64,000 nt of DNA from contig JAFGJM010000016.1 in assembly GCA_016929095.1 (NCBI GenBank), forward strand, positions 32,535 through 96,534, given 5' to 3'. Numbering within the stretch: the first letter of the stretch is position 1; every line of letters begins with the position of its first letter. This document shows positions 9,076 through 18,067 of the stretch, piece by piece. Origin of the DNA: Anaerolineales bacterium. Its GTDB lineage: Bacteria; Chloroflexota; Anaerolineae; Anaerolineales; UBA4823. The notes under the pieces are model-generated. The model saw nothing but the letters and a program-made list of their open reading frames with translations, ran no database searches and was not told the DNA's origin. The translations under genes were made by a program, and so were the position numbers.

Positions 9076-11505
9076 TTATTGATTACCCGCCTCCACCCAC
9101 ATGTTCTTTCCATCAGTTGTAATATGAATCCAACCGTTTTGATCGGTGCGTAAATTCGAATATTGGCTTATTGTCTCCAGGGTGTGCGCCGAAGGCAATC
9201 CGGTATCATCGCCCGCTGCCACGCTGAGAATCACCAATCGAGGTTTTATTTTTTCGATGAACGAGGGAGGATTAAATAGGATATGTCCATTATTCGCTAA
9301 TAACAACACATCCACTGGATAATCATCATAAGCCAGGTTCAACCAACGCACTGTATCCAGATCCATACCCAGGGGTAGCAAGGCTCTGAAATTATTCCAG
9401 GTTAGCAGCAAAACCGCCCCCTGTGAACTGACTGCCCTCACCTCCAATTGCGCCCCCTCCCCTAAATCCAGCCTTTGTCCTGGCTGTGCTATTTCGATAC
9501 CCAAATCCATTTCACCCAGTTTTTGGTTCAACCTGCGGGAAGCAATTGAATAATTGACTCGGCCAGCCCATAACACCTGCTCTGGTGGGTGACGTTGGAG
9601 AAGATTTTCCAGGGCATACATTTGTTCATCACTTCCACCGGCTACCACCAGCCAATCCAATCCCGGGTGCACGACGGACATACGTCGACCCAATGCCTGT
9701 GAAAGCGTCCGCGAATCCGGCCCGCCGTTGATCAAGATGTTTCGCCCATGTGGCGTTTTGATTAATATCGCTTCTCCCGAAATTCTCTCCTGACTCACGT
9801 CCAGTATGGTCAAATGAAGGTTGCCATCTCCGGTTGTGAAGGCTGTTTGCCATACCAATACCGAGATCAGGCATATTCCGGCGAAAACCACACCTGGTTT
9901 CAATTCCTTTCTAAGCCAGGTAAAACGTATCCACCCAAAGGTAATGGCAAACAAACCCAAATAATATATGCAGACCAGCCAAAGAGAAACATCACTTACC
10001 GGCAGCCAGCTCCCCTGAATACCCGCAAACCATTCCACACTGCGGATTGTGAACGCGACAAAAGGCCAGGCAAGATATCCCAACAACTGACCCAGGGGTT
10101 GCCATATCAAACCCAGGCACAATGCGATGCCTCCCACGATCATCACTGGCGGCTGTACCGGCAAGATAACAGGATTTGCCAACAGCGAAATCACCGGCAG
10201 GCTGTGGAAATAATACACGGTAATGGGCAAGGTTAATAATTGTGCAGCAATGGTGAAAAGAAAATATTCTCCCACCCAACCCGCAGCCCGTTCCACCCAG
10301 GAGGGGGGTAATATGCGCACCAATAAACGGGTGATGGCTGTGGTGAAAACATCTGCATACAATACCAAACCCAATGTGGCAGCAAAAGAAAGTTGAAAAC
10401 CAATATCCCAAAGAACATGAGGAGAGAATACCGTCATCAATGCGGCAACAAATGCCAGACTGTTCAATCCTGCCTGCCTTCTTCCCAACTGGCAGGCGAA
10501 TAGAGATAAGCCGCCCATAACCGCCGCTCGAACGACAGCGGCGTCTGCGCCTACCAGGATCGTATAAAGACCGATCACAATTATGGAAACCAACGCCCCC
10601 CGCCATCTTCCCAATAACCTTCCAAAAATCGTGGAAAATAGTCCGGCTAATATCGTGATATTAAACCCTGAGATCACGATGATATGCGCCGTGCCAGTCT
10701 GGCGAAATGCTTGGTAAACATCCTTGGGAATAGTGCTCTCTACACCTAATAAAATACCGGCTAATAATGAAGCTTCCGGATCGGGAAAAAGACGGAATAT
10801 CATGGTCAATGCCCGTGATTTAAAGGCATATATCCCTGCCATGATCTGATTTCCATTGTCTCGATTGATTAATTCAGTTTCAGCATAGGACATCAGACTA
10901 TAAATCCCCTGCCGCATTAAATATGCCTCGTAAGAAAACTCGGTGTCCGATGGTGGTGTTTTTAATTTGCCTGTTGCCTGGATACGGTCACCGTATCGCC
11001 ATTCACTGCTCAATGAAGCATACACCAGGATATCGCCATTAACGGAGGCGAATTCCATTTCGGTTTTAGGTCTTACCCGTTCTACGCGCAGCCGTAAACG
11101 CTGATAGGTATCGTATTTTTCTGACGGTTTAATCAACAATCCTTCCACAACCAGGTCTCGGTTTTTGTCGTTATACCATGCGATGAAGTCCGGCGTTGTT
11201 TGAGGCAAAGTAGATTGGTAGCGCCATCCCCCAAAAGCAAAACACGCACATAAAACTAAAACAGGCACAGGGACATGCATTCGATTCATGATGTCCTGCA
11301 GAAATTCGGGAAGCCAGCCGGAGATACGGGAGCCAATATTCGTCAAGCCTGACCATCGCTTACGGGCGAACCATATCCCTAGATACAGCGCCAGACTCCC
11401 ACAAGCAAGGCTTATCCAGCCAGGCGTGCTTATACGCCCGGCAGCAGCCGTCACCACACCACACATAAAAGCCAGCGAAATCCAAAACAAAGGCATAATG
11501 TTCAA
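9076..11505 (-). CDS. comEC: DNA internalization competence protein ComEC/Rec2 (TM competence domain plus metallo-beta-lactamase domain)
   Basis: 809 aa. Contains the N-terminal OB-like/DUF4131 region, a polytopic competence domain (ILLGVESTIPKDVYQAFRQTGTAHIIVISGFNI) and a C-terminal MBL-fold region. Confidence 0.85.
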   Translation of the reverse strand: MNIMPLFWISLAFMCGVVTAAAGRISTPGWISLACGSLALYLGIWFARKRWSGLTNIGSRISGWLPEFLQDIMNRMHVPVPVLVLCACFAFGGWRYQSTLPQTTPDFIAWYNDKNRDLVVEGLLIKPSEKYDTYQRLRLRVERVRPKTEMEFASVNGDILVYASLSSEWRYGDRIQATGKLKTPPSDTEFSYEAYLMRQGIYSLMSYAETELINRDNGNQIMAGIYAFKSRALTMIFRLFPDPEASLLAGILLGVESTIPKDVYQAFRQTGTAHIIVISGFNITILAGLFSTIFGRLLGRWRGALVSIIVIGLYTILVGADAAVVRAAVMGGLSLFACQLGRRQAGLNSLAFVAALMTVFSPHVLWDIGFQLSFAATLGLVLYADVFTTAITRLLVRILPPSWVERAAGWVGEYFLFTIAAQLLTLPITVYYFHSLPVISLLANPVILPVQPPVMIVGGIALCLGLIWQPLGQLLGYLAWPFVAFTIRSVEWFAGIQGSWLPVSDVSLWLVCIYYLGLFAITFGWIRFTWLRKELKPGVVFAGICLISVLVWQTAFTTGDGNLHLTILDVSQERISGEAILIKTPHGRNILINGGPDSRTLSQALGRRMSVVHPGLDWLVVAGGSDEQMYALENLLQRHPPEQVLWAGRVNYSIASRRLNQKLGEMDLGIEIAQPGQRLDLGEGAQLEVRAVSSQGAVLLLTWNNFRALLPLGMDLDTVRWLNLAYDDYPVDVLLLANNGHILFNPPSFIEKIKPRLVILSVAAGDDTGLPSAHTLETISQYSNLRTDQNGWIHITTDGKNMWVEAGNQ

Positions 11506-11800
11506 TTATGGGAAAACACACATCCAATAAAACCCAGCCCGACAAAAATATTGTATCAAACATGACGCCCGGCGTCGAGAATCCTGCGGCTTGTCACTCG
11601 TGAATCTTGAAAATTGGGAGTATGATTGGCATAAAGCTATAAGTTGTTTGCTTTTAGCTGTAAGCTTATATCGAGTTATCAACATTTTTTCGAGTTCAAC
11701 ATTCTATTCAAGTTTGCTATTGAATCTTGAATACATATTTATGGAAACAAATTAACTAATAGCCTATAGCATACAGCTAACAGCTTCTTTAGGAGGAATT

Positions 11801-12676
11801 ATGCCTGATTTAACCCAATCCATTTTAGAACTCGTCCGCCTGACCTCAACTGACCTGCCCCCCGATGTAGAAAAAGTATTACACCAGGCTGTTGAGCGAG
11901 AGCAGCCCGGTTCCGCTGCTCGGGGCGCGCTGGAAACTGTGATCAAAAATGTTGAATTATCCCGCAAAAATTCAACCCCCATCTGCCAGGATACCGGCAC
12001 ACCCATTTTTTACGTGCATCATCCCGCTGGCTGTAGCACGCAGGAACTTCGTTCGCAAATCGAAGCCGCCGTGGTAGAAGCCACACGGAAAACCTATCTA
12101 CGCCCCAATTCCGTCGATTCACTGACCGGAAAGAATAGCGGCAACAACCTGGGTGGAAGCCATTTCCCTAGTATTCATTTTTTTGAAGAAGAAGGCGACA
12201 CACTGACCATAGACCTGATGCTCAAAGGCGGAGGTTGCGAGAATGTGGGTATTCAGTATTCTTTGCCCAATTCCCAACTGGGTGCAGGGCGCGATCTGGC
12301 AGGTGTGCGCAAAGTTGTTCTGGATGCCGTCTTCAAAGCGCAAGGTAAAGGCTGCGCACCGGGTGTGTTGGGCGTGGCGATTGGCGGCGACCGCGGTACA
12401 TCCTACCTGGCGTCCAAAGAAGTACTCTTCCAAAAGTTGAATGAATCAAACCCCGACCCGGAATTGGCGGCCCTGGAAATCCGGCTCACCGAAGAAGCAA
12501 ACCAGCTTGGCATCGGTCCGATGGGCTTTGGCGGCGAAACGACCGTTCTGGATACCAAGATCACTGCCTTGAACCGCCTGCCTGCCTGTTATTTTGTCAC
12601 CATATCCTATATGTGCTGGGCATACCGCCGGCGCAAAATGACCGTTCTCACGGACGGCAGCGTGAAATACGAATAA
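11801..12676 (+). CDS. class I (Fe-S) fumarate hydratase / tartrate dehydratase, alpha subunit
   Basis: AGGAGG RBS. CQDTGTPIF motif and overall Fe-S hydro-lyase alpha-type pattern. Confidence 0.85.
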   Translation: MPDLTQSILELVRLTSTDLPPDVEKVLHQAVEREQPGSAARGALETVIKNVELSRKNSTPICQDTGTPIFYVHHPAGCSTQELRSQIEAAVVEATRKTYLRPNSVDSLTGKNSGNNLGGSHFPSIHFFEEEGDTLTIDLMLKGGGCENVGIQYSLPNSQLGAGRDLAGVRKVVLDAVFKAQGKGCAPGVLGVAIGGDRGTSYLASKEVLFQKLNESNPDPELAALEIRLTEEANQLGIGPMGFGGETTVLDTKITALNRLPACYFVTISYMCWAYRRRKMTVLTDGSVKYE

Positions 12677-12687
12677 GGAGGCTTCCC

Positions 12688-13311
12688 ATGCATGAATTAA
12701 CCACTCCCATCAGCGATGAAACCATCCGCAGTTTGCGCGTGGGCGAGCCGGTTGCCATCACCGGCGTGATGCTCACCGGGCGTGATGCCGCCCACAAATG
12801 GATGATCGACACCTTCATCAAGAAAACCCGCCAACCCGAAGGCGACGACCTGGAAACGTACGAAGCCATTAAACCTTTATTAGAAGGCGGACTCATCTAC
12901 CATTGCGGGCCTGTGGTAGGTGGTCTGGATACAAAAGATTACCGTTTTGTAGCCGCCGGACCGACCACCAGCATCCGCGAAGAGCCTTACCAGGGCGACG
13001 TGATGCGCCACTTTCACATTAAAGGCGTGATCGGTAAAGGCGGCATGGGTCCCAAGACCCTGCAAGCCTGCCAGGAAGCGCCGGGCGCGTACCTGCATGC
13101 CATCGGCGGCGCGGCTTCGTTAATTGCCCAGACGGTAGTCAAGGTATTGGGCGTATACAAGCTCGAGTTTGGCGTGCCCGAAGCCATGTGGGTTATCCAG
13201 GTGAAGGACTTTCCTGCGGTGGTGACTATGGATTCGCACGGTCAGTCCCAGCACGCCGTGGTGGAGGAAAAGTCGAAGAAGGCGCTGGATGCGTTGTTGG
13301 CGAAGAATTAG
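12688..13311 (+). CDS. class I fumarate hydratase / tartrate dehydratase, beta subunit
   Basis: The internal ATG (MHELTTPISDE...) follows AAGGAGG, 12 nt after the alpha-subunit stop. Motifs GVMLTGRDAAHKW, GPTTS and GKGGMG. Confidence 0.85.
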   Translation: MHELTTPISDETIRSLRVGEPVAITGVMLTGRDAAHKWMIDTFIKKTRQPEGDDLETYEAIKPLLEGGLIYHCGPVVGGLDTKDYRFVAAGPTTSIREEPYQGDVMRHFHIKGVIGKGGMGPKTLQACQEAPGAYLHAIGGAASLIAQTVVKVLGVYKLEFGVPEAMWVIQVKDFPAVVTMDSHGQSQHAVVEEKSKKALDALLAKN

Positions 13312-13335
13312 GGAAAAAATCAAACCCCCTCCCAA

Positions 13336-13377
13336 CCTCCCCCATTTTGAAAATCGAAAATAGGGGAGGGTTTTTTT
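13336..13377 (+). terminator. intrinsic terminator between the convergent fumarate hydratase and ccmD genes
   Basis: CCTCCCCCATTTT-loop-AAAATAGGGGAGG followed by T7. The ccmD stop codon lies inside the T-run. Confidence 0.75.
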
Positions 13378-13540
13378 ATTGAAAATATTTCTCCCCCTCC
13401 TCCAACTCCTTCAACTCCCTCTGCAATCTCCGCCGCCTCACCAATAAACTGATCACATACGCCAACATCACACCAAAGATCACCGCATATCCGGCGATCA
13501 TGTAATTTATTGTATCCGCAGGAACATCTTGAAACAACAT
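13376..13540 (-). CDS. ccmD: CcmD-like small haem-exporter subunit (54 aa, not in the ORF track)
   Basis: Manual translation gives MLFQDVPADTINYMIAGYAVIFGVMLAYVISLLVRRRRLQRELKELEEGEKYFQ. It has one TM helix followed by an Arg cluster and lies last in the ccm gene string. Confidence 0.6.
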   Translation of the reverse strand: MLFQDVPADTINYMIAGYAVIFGVMLAYVISLLVRRRRLQRELKELEEGEKYFQ

Positions 13541-13559
13541 CTTGTCTCTCTACTTTCCT

Positions 13560-13872
13560 GTTATTGCGAGTAAGTCCACATCACTAAGGCGTTCTTCTAT
13601 CTGAAAAGACCTAAACTCTTTTGTCATTCTAAGCGCAGCGAAGAATCTCATTGATGATCATGCAGATTCTTCGGTCGCCCTGGCGGGCTTCCTCAGAATG
13701 ACATATCCTTTGGAGGAGCGCAGCGGCGAAGCAATCCATAAACACTGACAGAGGTGGCTTCGTTCGCCCTGGCGGGCTTCCTCAGAATGACGGATCGTTT
13801 GGAGGAGCACAGCGACGAAGCAATCTCCCACCTTGCATATGATTGCTTCACCCCTTCGGGGTTCGCAATGAC
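13560..13872. repeat. array of about three hairpin units of dispersed repeat family 1 (GTCATTSYRAG...CGAAGMAATC / GATTSCTTCG...CTYRSAATGAC)
   Basis: TTCG(G/T)TCGCCCTGGCGGGCTTCCTCAGAATGAC occurs twice (13670-13702 and 13759-13791). Inverted arms GTCATTCTAAGCGCAGCGAAGAATCT and AGATTCTTCGG are present. The terminal unit is GATTGCTTCACCCCTTCGGGGTTCGCAATGAC. Confidence 0.85.
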
Positions 13873-13879
13873 AAAATTT

Positions 13880-14578
13880 TCACTCCATCCTCTTCATCTT
13901 CAACTGTTCCACCTTATCCGCCAGAATCCCCAAACGAACGCGCCGCCATAACAAATCGGCAAACACAAATGTGAACGTCAGCAGGCTGAAAAGGAACGTC
14001 TGCAGCATCCTGGGGGTCATATCGAACCCACCCAACGTGCTGGAAGGATCGCTTCCCACCACAATCGGATGGATGGTGCGGAAAAGCCTCGCCGATAAAA
14101 AGGTGAGCGGCACGCTGGCCACCCCGACGATGGCATACACCGCACCGTAACGCGCCCGCCGGTCCGGATCTTCGATACCCTGGCGCAGCATAATATATGC
14201 CACATAGATCAATTCCATGATGGCCGCCGTGGTCAGGCGCGGGTCCCAGGTCCACCAAGTGTTCCACACCGGCCGCGCCCAAATCGAACCGGTCACAATC
14301 GTAATGAACACAAACACGATCCCGATTTCCACTGCCGAAAAACCGATAATATCCCACAGCCGGCGTTCCGTTTTCAGATAAAAAACTCCCGCCACTGCCG
14401 CAGCCAGAAAACCCAACATTCCCACCCATCCGGAAGCCACATGGAAATAGAACACACGCTGCACCGCGCCCATCAACGCTTCGGTTGGTGCATAGAAAAA
14501 TACCATCCCGATGGCTGCCATGAATATCGTCGCCGTTATATAATCCAAAATTCTCAACCAGCGAGGCGTTGATGTCAT
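13880..14578 (-). CDS. ccmC: haem exporter / haem-handling protein CcmC
   Basis: Trp-rich signature WARPVWNTWWTWDPRLT and about 6 TM helices. Confidence 0.9.
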   Translation of the reverse strand: MTSTPRWLRILDYITATIFMAAIGMVFFYAPTEALMGAVQRVFYFHVASGWVGMLGFLAAAVAGVFYLKTERRLWDIIGFSAVEIGIVFVFITIVTGSIWARPVWNTWWTWDPRLTTAAIMELIYVAYIMLRQGIEDPDRRARYGAVYAIVGVASVPLTFLSARLFRTIHPIVVGSDPSSTLGGFDMTPRMLQTFLFSLLTFTFVFADLLWRRVRLGILADKVEQLKMKRME

Positions 14579-14684
14579 AGTATTACGTACTTCTCCTGAT
14601 TAATAAAACCTTTATAGATCATCTTTTTCACTCCCCTTCCCCGTGAACGGGAGAGGGGTTGGGGATAGGGGTTAATTGTCAACT

Positions 14685-15425
14685 TCACTCCTCCACTACA
14701 AAATCAAACACCACAAAAGCTAACGCCGTGAAAATCACATCATACACGATCAATATATTGATCCAGGGCATGATTTCTATCATCGCCAGCCCTTGCAAAA
14801 ACCCGTTGCTGGCTTTAACCGCCGCCATCAATACCGGGATCACCACCGGGAACAATAATATGGGAAGCAAAACATCCCGCGTGCGTGTGTGTATCGCCAT
14901 ACTCGCCAATAACGTCCCTACGGCTGTATAACCCAGCGAACCGAGAAACAAGATTAGCAGAAAACCCCAGTGGAATAAATTGACGTTATATAGAACGCTG
15001 TAAACTGGCAAAACAATCATTTCCACCAATATCATGAATACAAGATTGCCCACGGCTTTACCAAAAAATATCGCACTGCGATCCACAGGCGCCAGCAGCA
15101 ACCCATCCAGGCAGCCTCGGTCCTTTTCGATCGCCATCGATCTGTTCAAACCAAGGGTACCTGCAAAAGCAAATGTCGACCACAAAACGCCGGCCGTCAC
15201 CGTGGATCGGATTTTGACATCTAATTCCATCGCAAAATTGAAGATCAAGATAGCCAGCAAGGCAAACACCAGCATAGCGGAAAGTAATTCTCGGCTGCGC
15301 AATTCCATGGACAAATCTTTCCAAATAATCGCAGCGATAGAACGAAAATAAACTTTTACAGCTCCGCCAGGGTCATGGCGAGGCGAGTCATCAAAAATGG
15401 TCTTGGGAGTTATCCCGTCACTCAC
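14685..15425 (-). CDS. ccmB: haem exporter membrane subunit CcmB
   Basis: Six-TM ABC-2-like permease that overlaps the ccmA stop by 4 nt. Confidence 0.85.
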   Translation of the reverse strand: MSDGITPKTIFDDSPRHDPGGAVKVYFRSIAAIIWKDLSMELRSRELLSAMLVFALLAILIFNFAMELDVKIRSTVTAGVLWSTFAFAGTLGLNRSMAIEKDRGCLDGLLLAPVDRSAIFFGKAVGNLVFMILVEMIVLPVYSVLYNVNLFHWGFLLILFLGSLGYTAVGTLLASMAIHTRTRDVLLPILLFPVVIPVLMAAVKASNGFLQGLAMIEIMPWINILIVYDVIFTALAFVVFDFVVEE

Positions 15426-16138
15426 GATGATGTCTCCGAAATAGCCTGCCGGTAAAAACCTGCCAATTGATCTGGCTCGATATCTTCCCTGGGTACTGAT
15501 GCGACGATCATACCCTTTGAGAGAACATCGATCCGTGAAGCCAATTCTGCCGCCCGTGTCAGATCATGGGAAGTCATGACCACGGTTCGCCCACGTGCAG
15601 CTACTTCACGCAGTATAGCATCCAGCATAAGGCTGGCTTCTTGATCTAACCCGGTGTGCGGCTCATCGAAAAGCATCACCTGTGGGTCGTGCAATACGGC
15701 TCTCCCGATTGCCAATCGTTGTTGCATGCCGCGCGAGAATGTACGCACTAAATCCCGCCGCCGTTGATACAACCCCACCAATTCAAGCACCTCTTTTACC
15801 CTGCTCTCGAGATTGGGTACACCATACATATTACCGTAGAAGTGTAAATTTTCTAACGCGCTGAGATTGTCGTACAACAATGGTTGATGAGAGACTACCC
15901 CTAACCGGCGGCGGATGGCAGATGTCTGCCCTGGTATAGCATACCCATATATCCGTACCTCGCCGCTTGTTGGTCGGGATAATGACGCTAAAATACGCAA
16001 GAAAGTGGTTTTTCCGGCGCCATTGGGACCTAATATCACCACAAATTCGCCCGACTGCACATGAAAATCAAGCCCCTTAAACACGGTTTTAACACCGAAC
16101 CGTTTAACGAGATGGCGAACTTCGATCATATGCCCCAA
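15422..16138 (-). CDS. ccmA: haem exporter ATP-binding subunit CcmA
   Basis: Walker A GPNGAGKT, signature FSRGMQQR, Walker B MLFDEP. Confidence 0.9.
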   Translation of the reverse strand: MGHMIEVRHLVKRFGVKTVFKGLDFHVQSGEFVVILGPNGAGKTTFLRILASLSRPTSGEVRIYGYAIPGQTSAIRRRLGVVSHQPLLYDNLSALENLHFYGNMYGVPNLESRVKEVLELVGLYQRRRDLVRTFSRGMQQRLAIGRAVLHDPQVMLFDEPHTGLDQEASLMLDAILREVAARGRTVVMTSHDLTRAAELASRIDVLSKGMIVASVPREDIEPDQLAGFYRQAISETSS

Positions 16139-16146
16139 TCACACTC

Positions 16147-18051
16147 TCATAAATTCTGTTTATTACCGGCATCTTCTAATAATGTCCTCAGACGGTCTTT
16201 TAATTGGGTGCGGCGCTGATGATATGCCTCTTCCGGTAACTCTCCATTTTGGAATAGATCGTCCAATGCCAGAATAGCGTCCATGACCGATTCGGTCGAT
16301 TCAAGGGTTGTGCCGAATTTTCTGGTTTTTTCAATCATTCTTTTCCGCTGATTTTTCCAGTACCACCAAACGCCAACCACTGCTACCGATAATCCGAACA
16401 CCCCAACCCCTACCACTAATTCCGGGTTACTGCCTAAACTGATCGAGGGGCTTCCAGCCAAACTCCCGGTAATGGTGAGATTTAAATCCTGACCTACTTT
16501 TATACTGCTCCCACTGTACACATGATACCTGTTATTTTCCATGGTTCGGGTACCTTCATCTTGCAATATGTCACTGCGAATGCGGATTGTACCCTCCGGC
16601 GCCAAAACCACCACCGCATCCACCGGCAACAACATGGGCTGCACTAATTCCATTTTTCGGTTATATGGCATTTCAAACGCAAAAACCACCTGGTAACTTC
16701 CCGAACCAGGTCGGACGCCATATGTATCGCCAAAACCATCCGGGGTTTCCAGATACCGTTCACCTAAAACACTATCCTGAAATTGCAGGTTTTTTGAGCC
16801 CACAGGCAATTTGAATTTAATCGTTGTAACGCCTTCTCCCGCCGGGACTAACGTTAAATTCGACGGATTGGACATCACGTATAATTCCACCACCCGCACC
16901 GTCTGCTCATCCAGCATTTCAAAAAACAAGTGCAATCGGTCTACTTTTATGATTGAAGTATCCGTAGTGGTTTTGTAAACGGTGATCGGAAGGTTCAACG
17001 AATTCGCTTCAGGCAACACAACGCTGACATCGGAACTGTAGGAAGTTTTCTCAAATTCGGCTGTAGCCAAAAATACACGCCCTTCAACCATTTCGATATC
17101 ATGGAATATGAAATAGCCATCCGACCTGGTTGTTGTTGTCTCAGAAATCACAGGGGTATTATTATCAAAGCCGTATAAGGTGATCATCAATCCGGATACC
17201 GGGTCATCATCCGTTCCATTGATCACTCGCCCGTCAACAACACCAATCTCAGTTGTGGTTATAGGAGAGCCCGGGGCAATTTGTGTCGCTGTTATTGTTG
17301 GCGTCGTTACCATCTCAGATGGTGTGGGAATGGTTGCCTGTGACGAAGCAAAGGTTAGATTTCTCAAATAATCGATGATCGCCCAACGCGTCTCATCAGA
17401 AATCGAACTGCCAAAAGAAGGCATATCGGGTATCTTTCCATAAGTAATGCTTTGGAAGAGGTCTATTGATGATTTCCCTGAGATAAACGCCAAATCCGCA
17501 AGGTTGGTGGGTTGTGTTGAAAAATCCGCTGCATCCACGCCATCCCCCTTTGCCTGATCGCCGTGACAGCGGCTGCACTTCTGTTCGAAACTTTGTTTAC
17601 CTGCCGCTAAATAAGAACTATCTACATTGATTTGGTAAAGATATGCCACGGTATCCCAAATCTGCCGATCTGAAAGGCTGGGAAAAGGTGGCATATAACG
17701 TTCCAGATTACCGTTCTTGATCGTTACGAACCAATTGGAGGGCGTTGCCTGGCGAATAATTTCAAGATCACCTAAAGCCGTAACCGGATTTGGCAATTGA
17801 TTAGCGCGTTCACCATCGCCTTTGCCCGAAGTTCCATGACAGGAGGCGCATTTTTCGGCGTAAATGGTTTTTCCACTAACCGGATCCGGAGGCACCAGAG
17901 GATAAATATTCGTGGTTGTTCTATCCGCCTGGGCGGGAACAATGGCAATACTTTCTGCACCCGGTGGAGGGGTAACATCACACGTGAATGAAAATGAACA
18001 TGCAGATAATATTAAAGGTAATGCAAAAAATATTAGTCGAATGGATTTCAT
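16147..18051 (-). CDS. membrane-anchored dihaem c-type cytochrome lipoprotein with beta-sandwich ectodomains and a cytoplasmic SHOCT-like tail
   Basis: Lipobox LILSAC. Two CxxCH sites (CASCH, CSRCH). Thr-rich linker and a carboxypeptidase-regulatory-like segment (VVDGRVINGTDDDPVSGLMITLYGF). C-terminal TM helix (VGVWWYWKNQRKR) and a helical tail. Confidence 0.85.
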   Translation of the reverse strand: MKSIRLIFFALPLILSACSFSFTCDVTPPPGAESIAIVPAQADRTTTNIYPLVPPDPVSGKTIYAEKCASCHGTSGKGDGERANQLPNPVTALGDLEIIRQATPSNWFVTIKNGNLERYMPPFPSLSDRQIWDTVAYLYQINVDSSYLAAGKQSFEQKCSRCHGDQAKGDGVDAADFSTQPTNLADLAFISGKSSIDLFQSITYGKIPDMPSFGSSISDETRWAIIDYLRNLTFASSQATIPTPSEMVTTPTITATQIAPGSPITTTEIGVVDGRVINGTDDDPVSGLMITLYGFDNNTPVISETTTTRSDGYFIFHDIEMVEGRVFLATAEFEKTSYSSDVSVVLPEANSLNLPITVYKTTTDTSIIKVDRLHLFFEMLDEQTVRVVELYVMSNPSNLTLVPAGEGVTTIKFKLPVGSKNLQFQDSVLGERYLETPDGFGDTYGVRPGSGSYQVVFAFEMPYNRKMELVQPMLLPVDAVVVLAPEGTIRIRSDILQDEGTRTMENNRYHVYSGSSIKVGQDLNLTITGSLAGSPSISLGSNPELVVGVGVFGLSVAVVGVWWYWKNQRKRMIEKTRKFGTTLESTESVMDAILALDDLFQNGELPEEAYHQRRTQLKDRLRTLLEDAGNKQNL

Positions 18052-18067
18052 AAAAACATAACCCGGA

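Noticed and set aside
13560-13872. Possible CRISPR array, because of two ~33-nt identical direct repeats about 90 bp apart.
   Set aside because: There are only two or three units. The so-called spacers are themselves related inverted arms of the same palindromic element. The same element occurs singly at 42567 and 59044. No cas genes are present.
13754-14429. ORFs 13754..13951 (+), 13914..14429 (-) and 14017..14205 (-).
   Set aside because: They lie inside the repeat array or in alternative frames of ccmC. Their composition (Gly/Arg/Cys-rich) is typical of out-of-frame translation.
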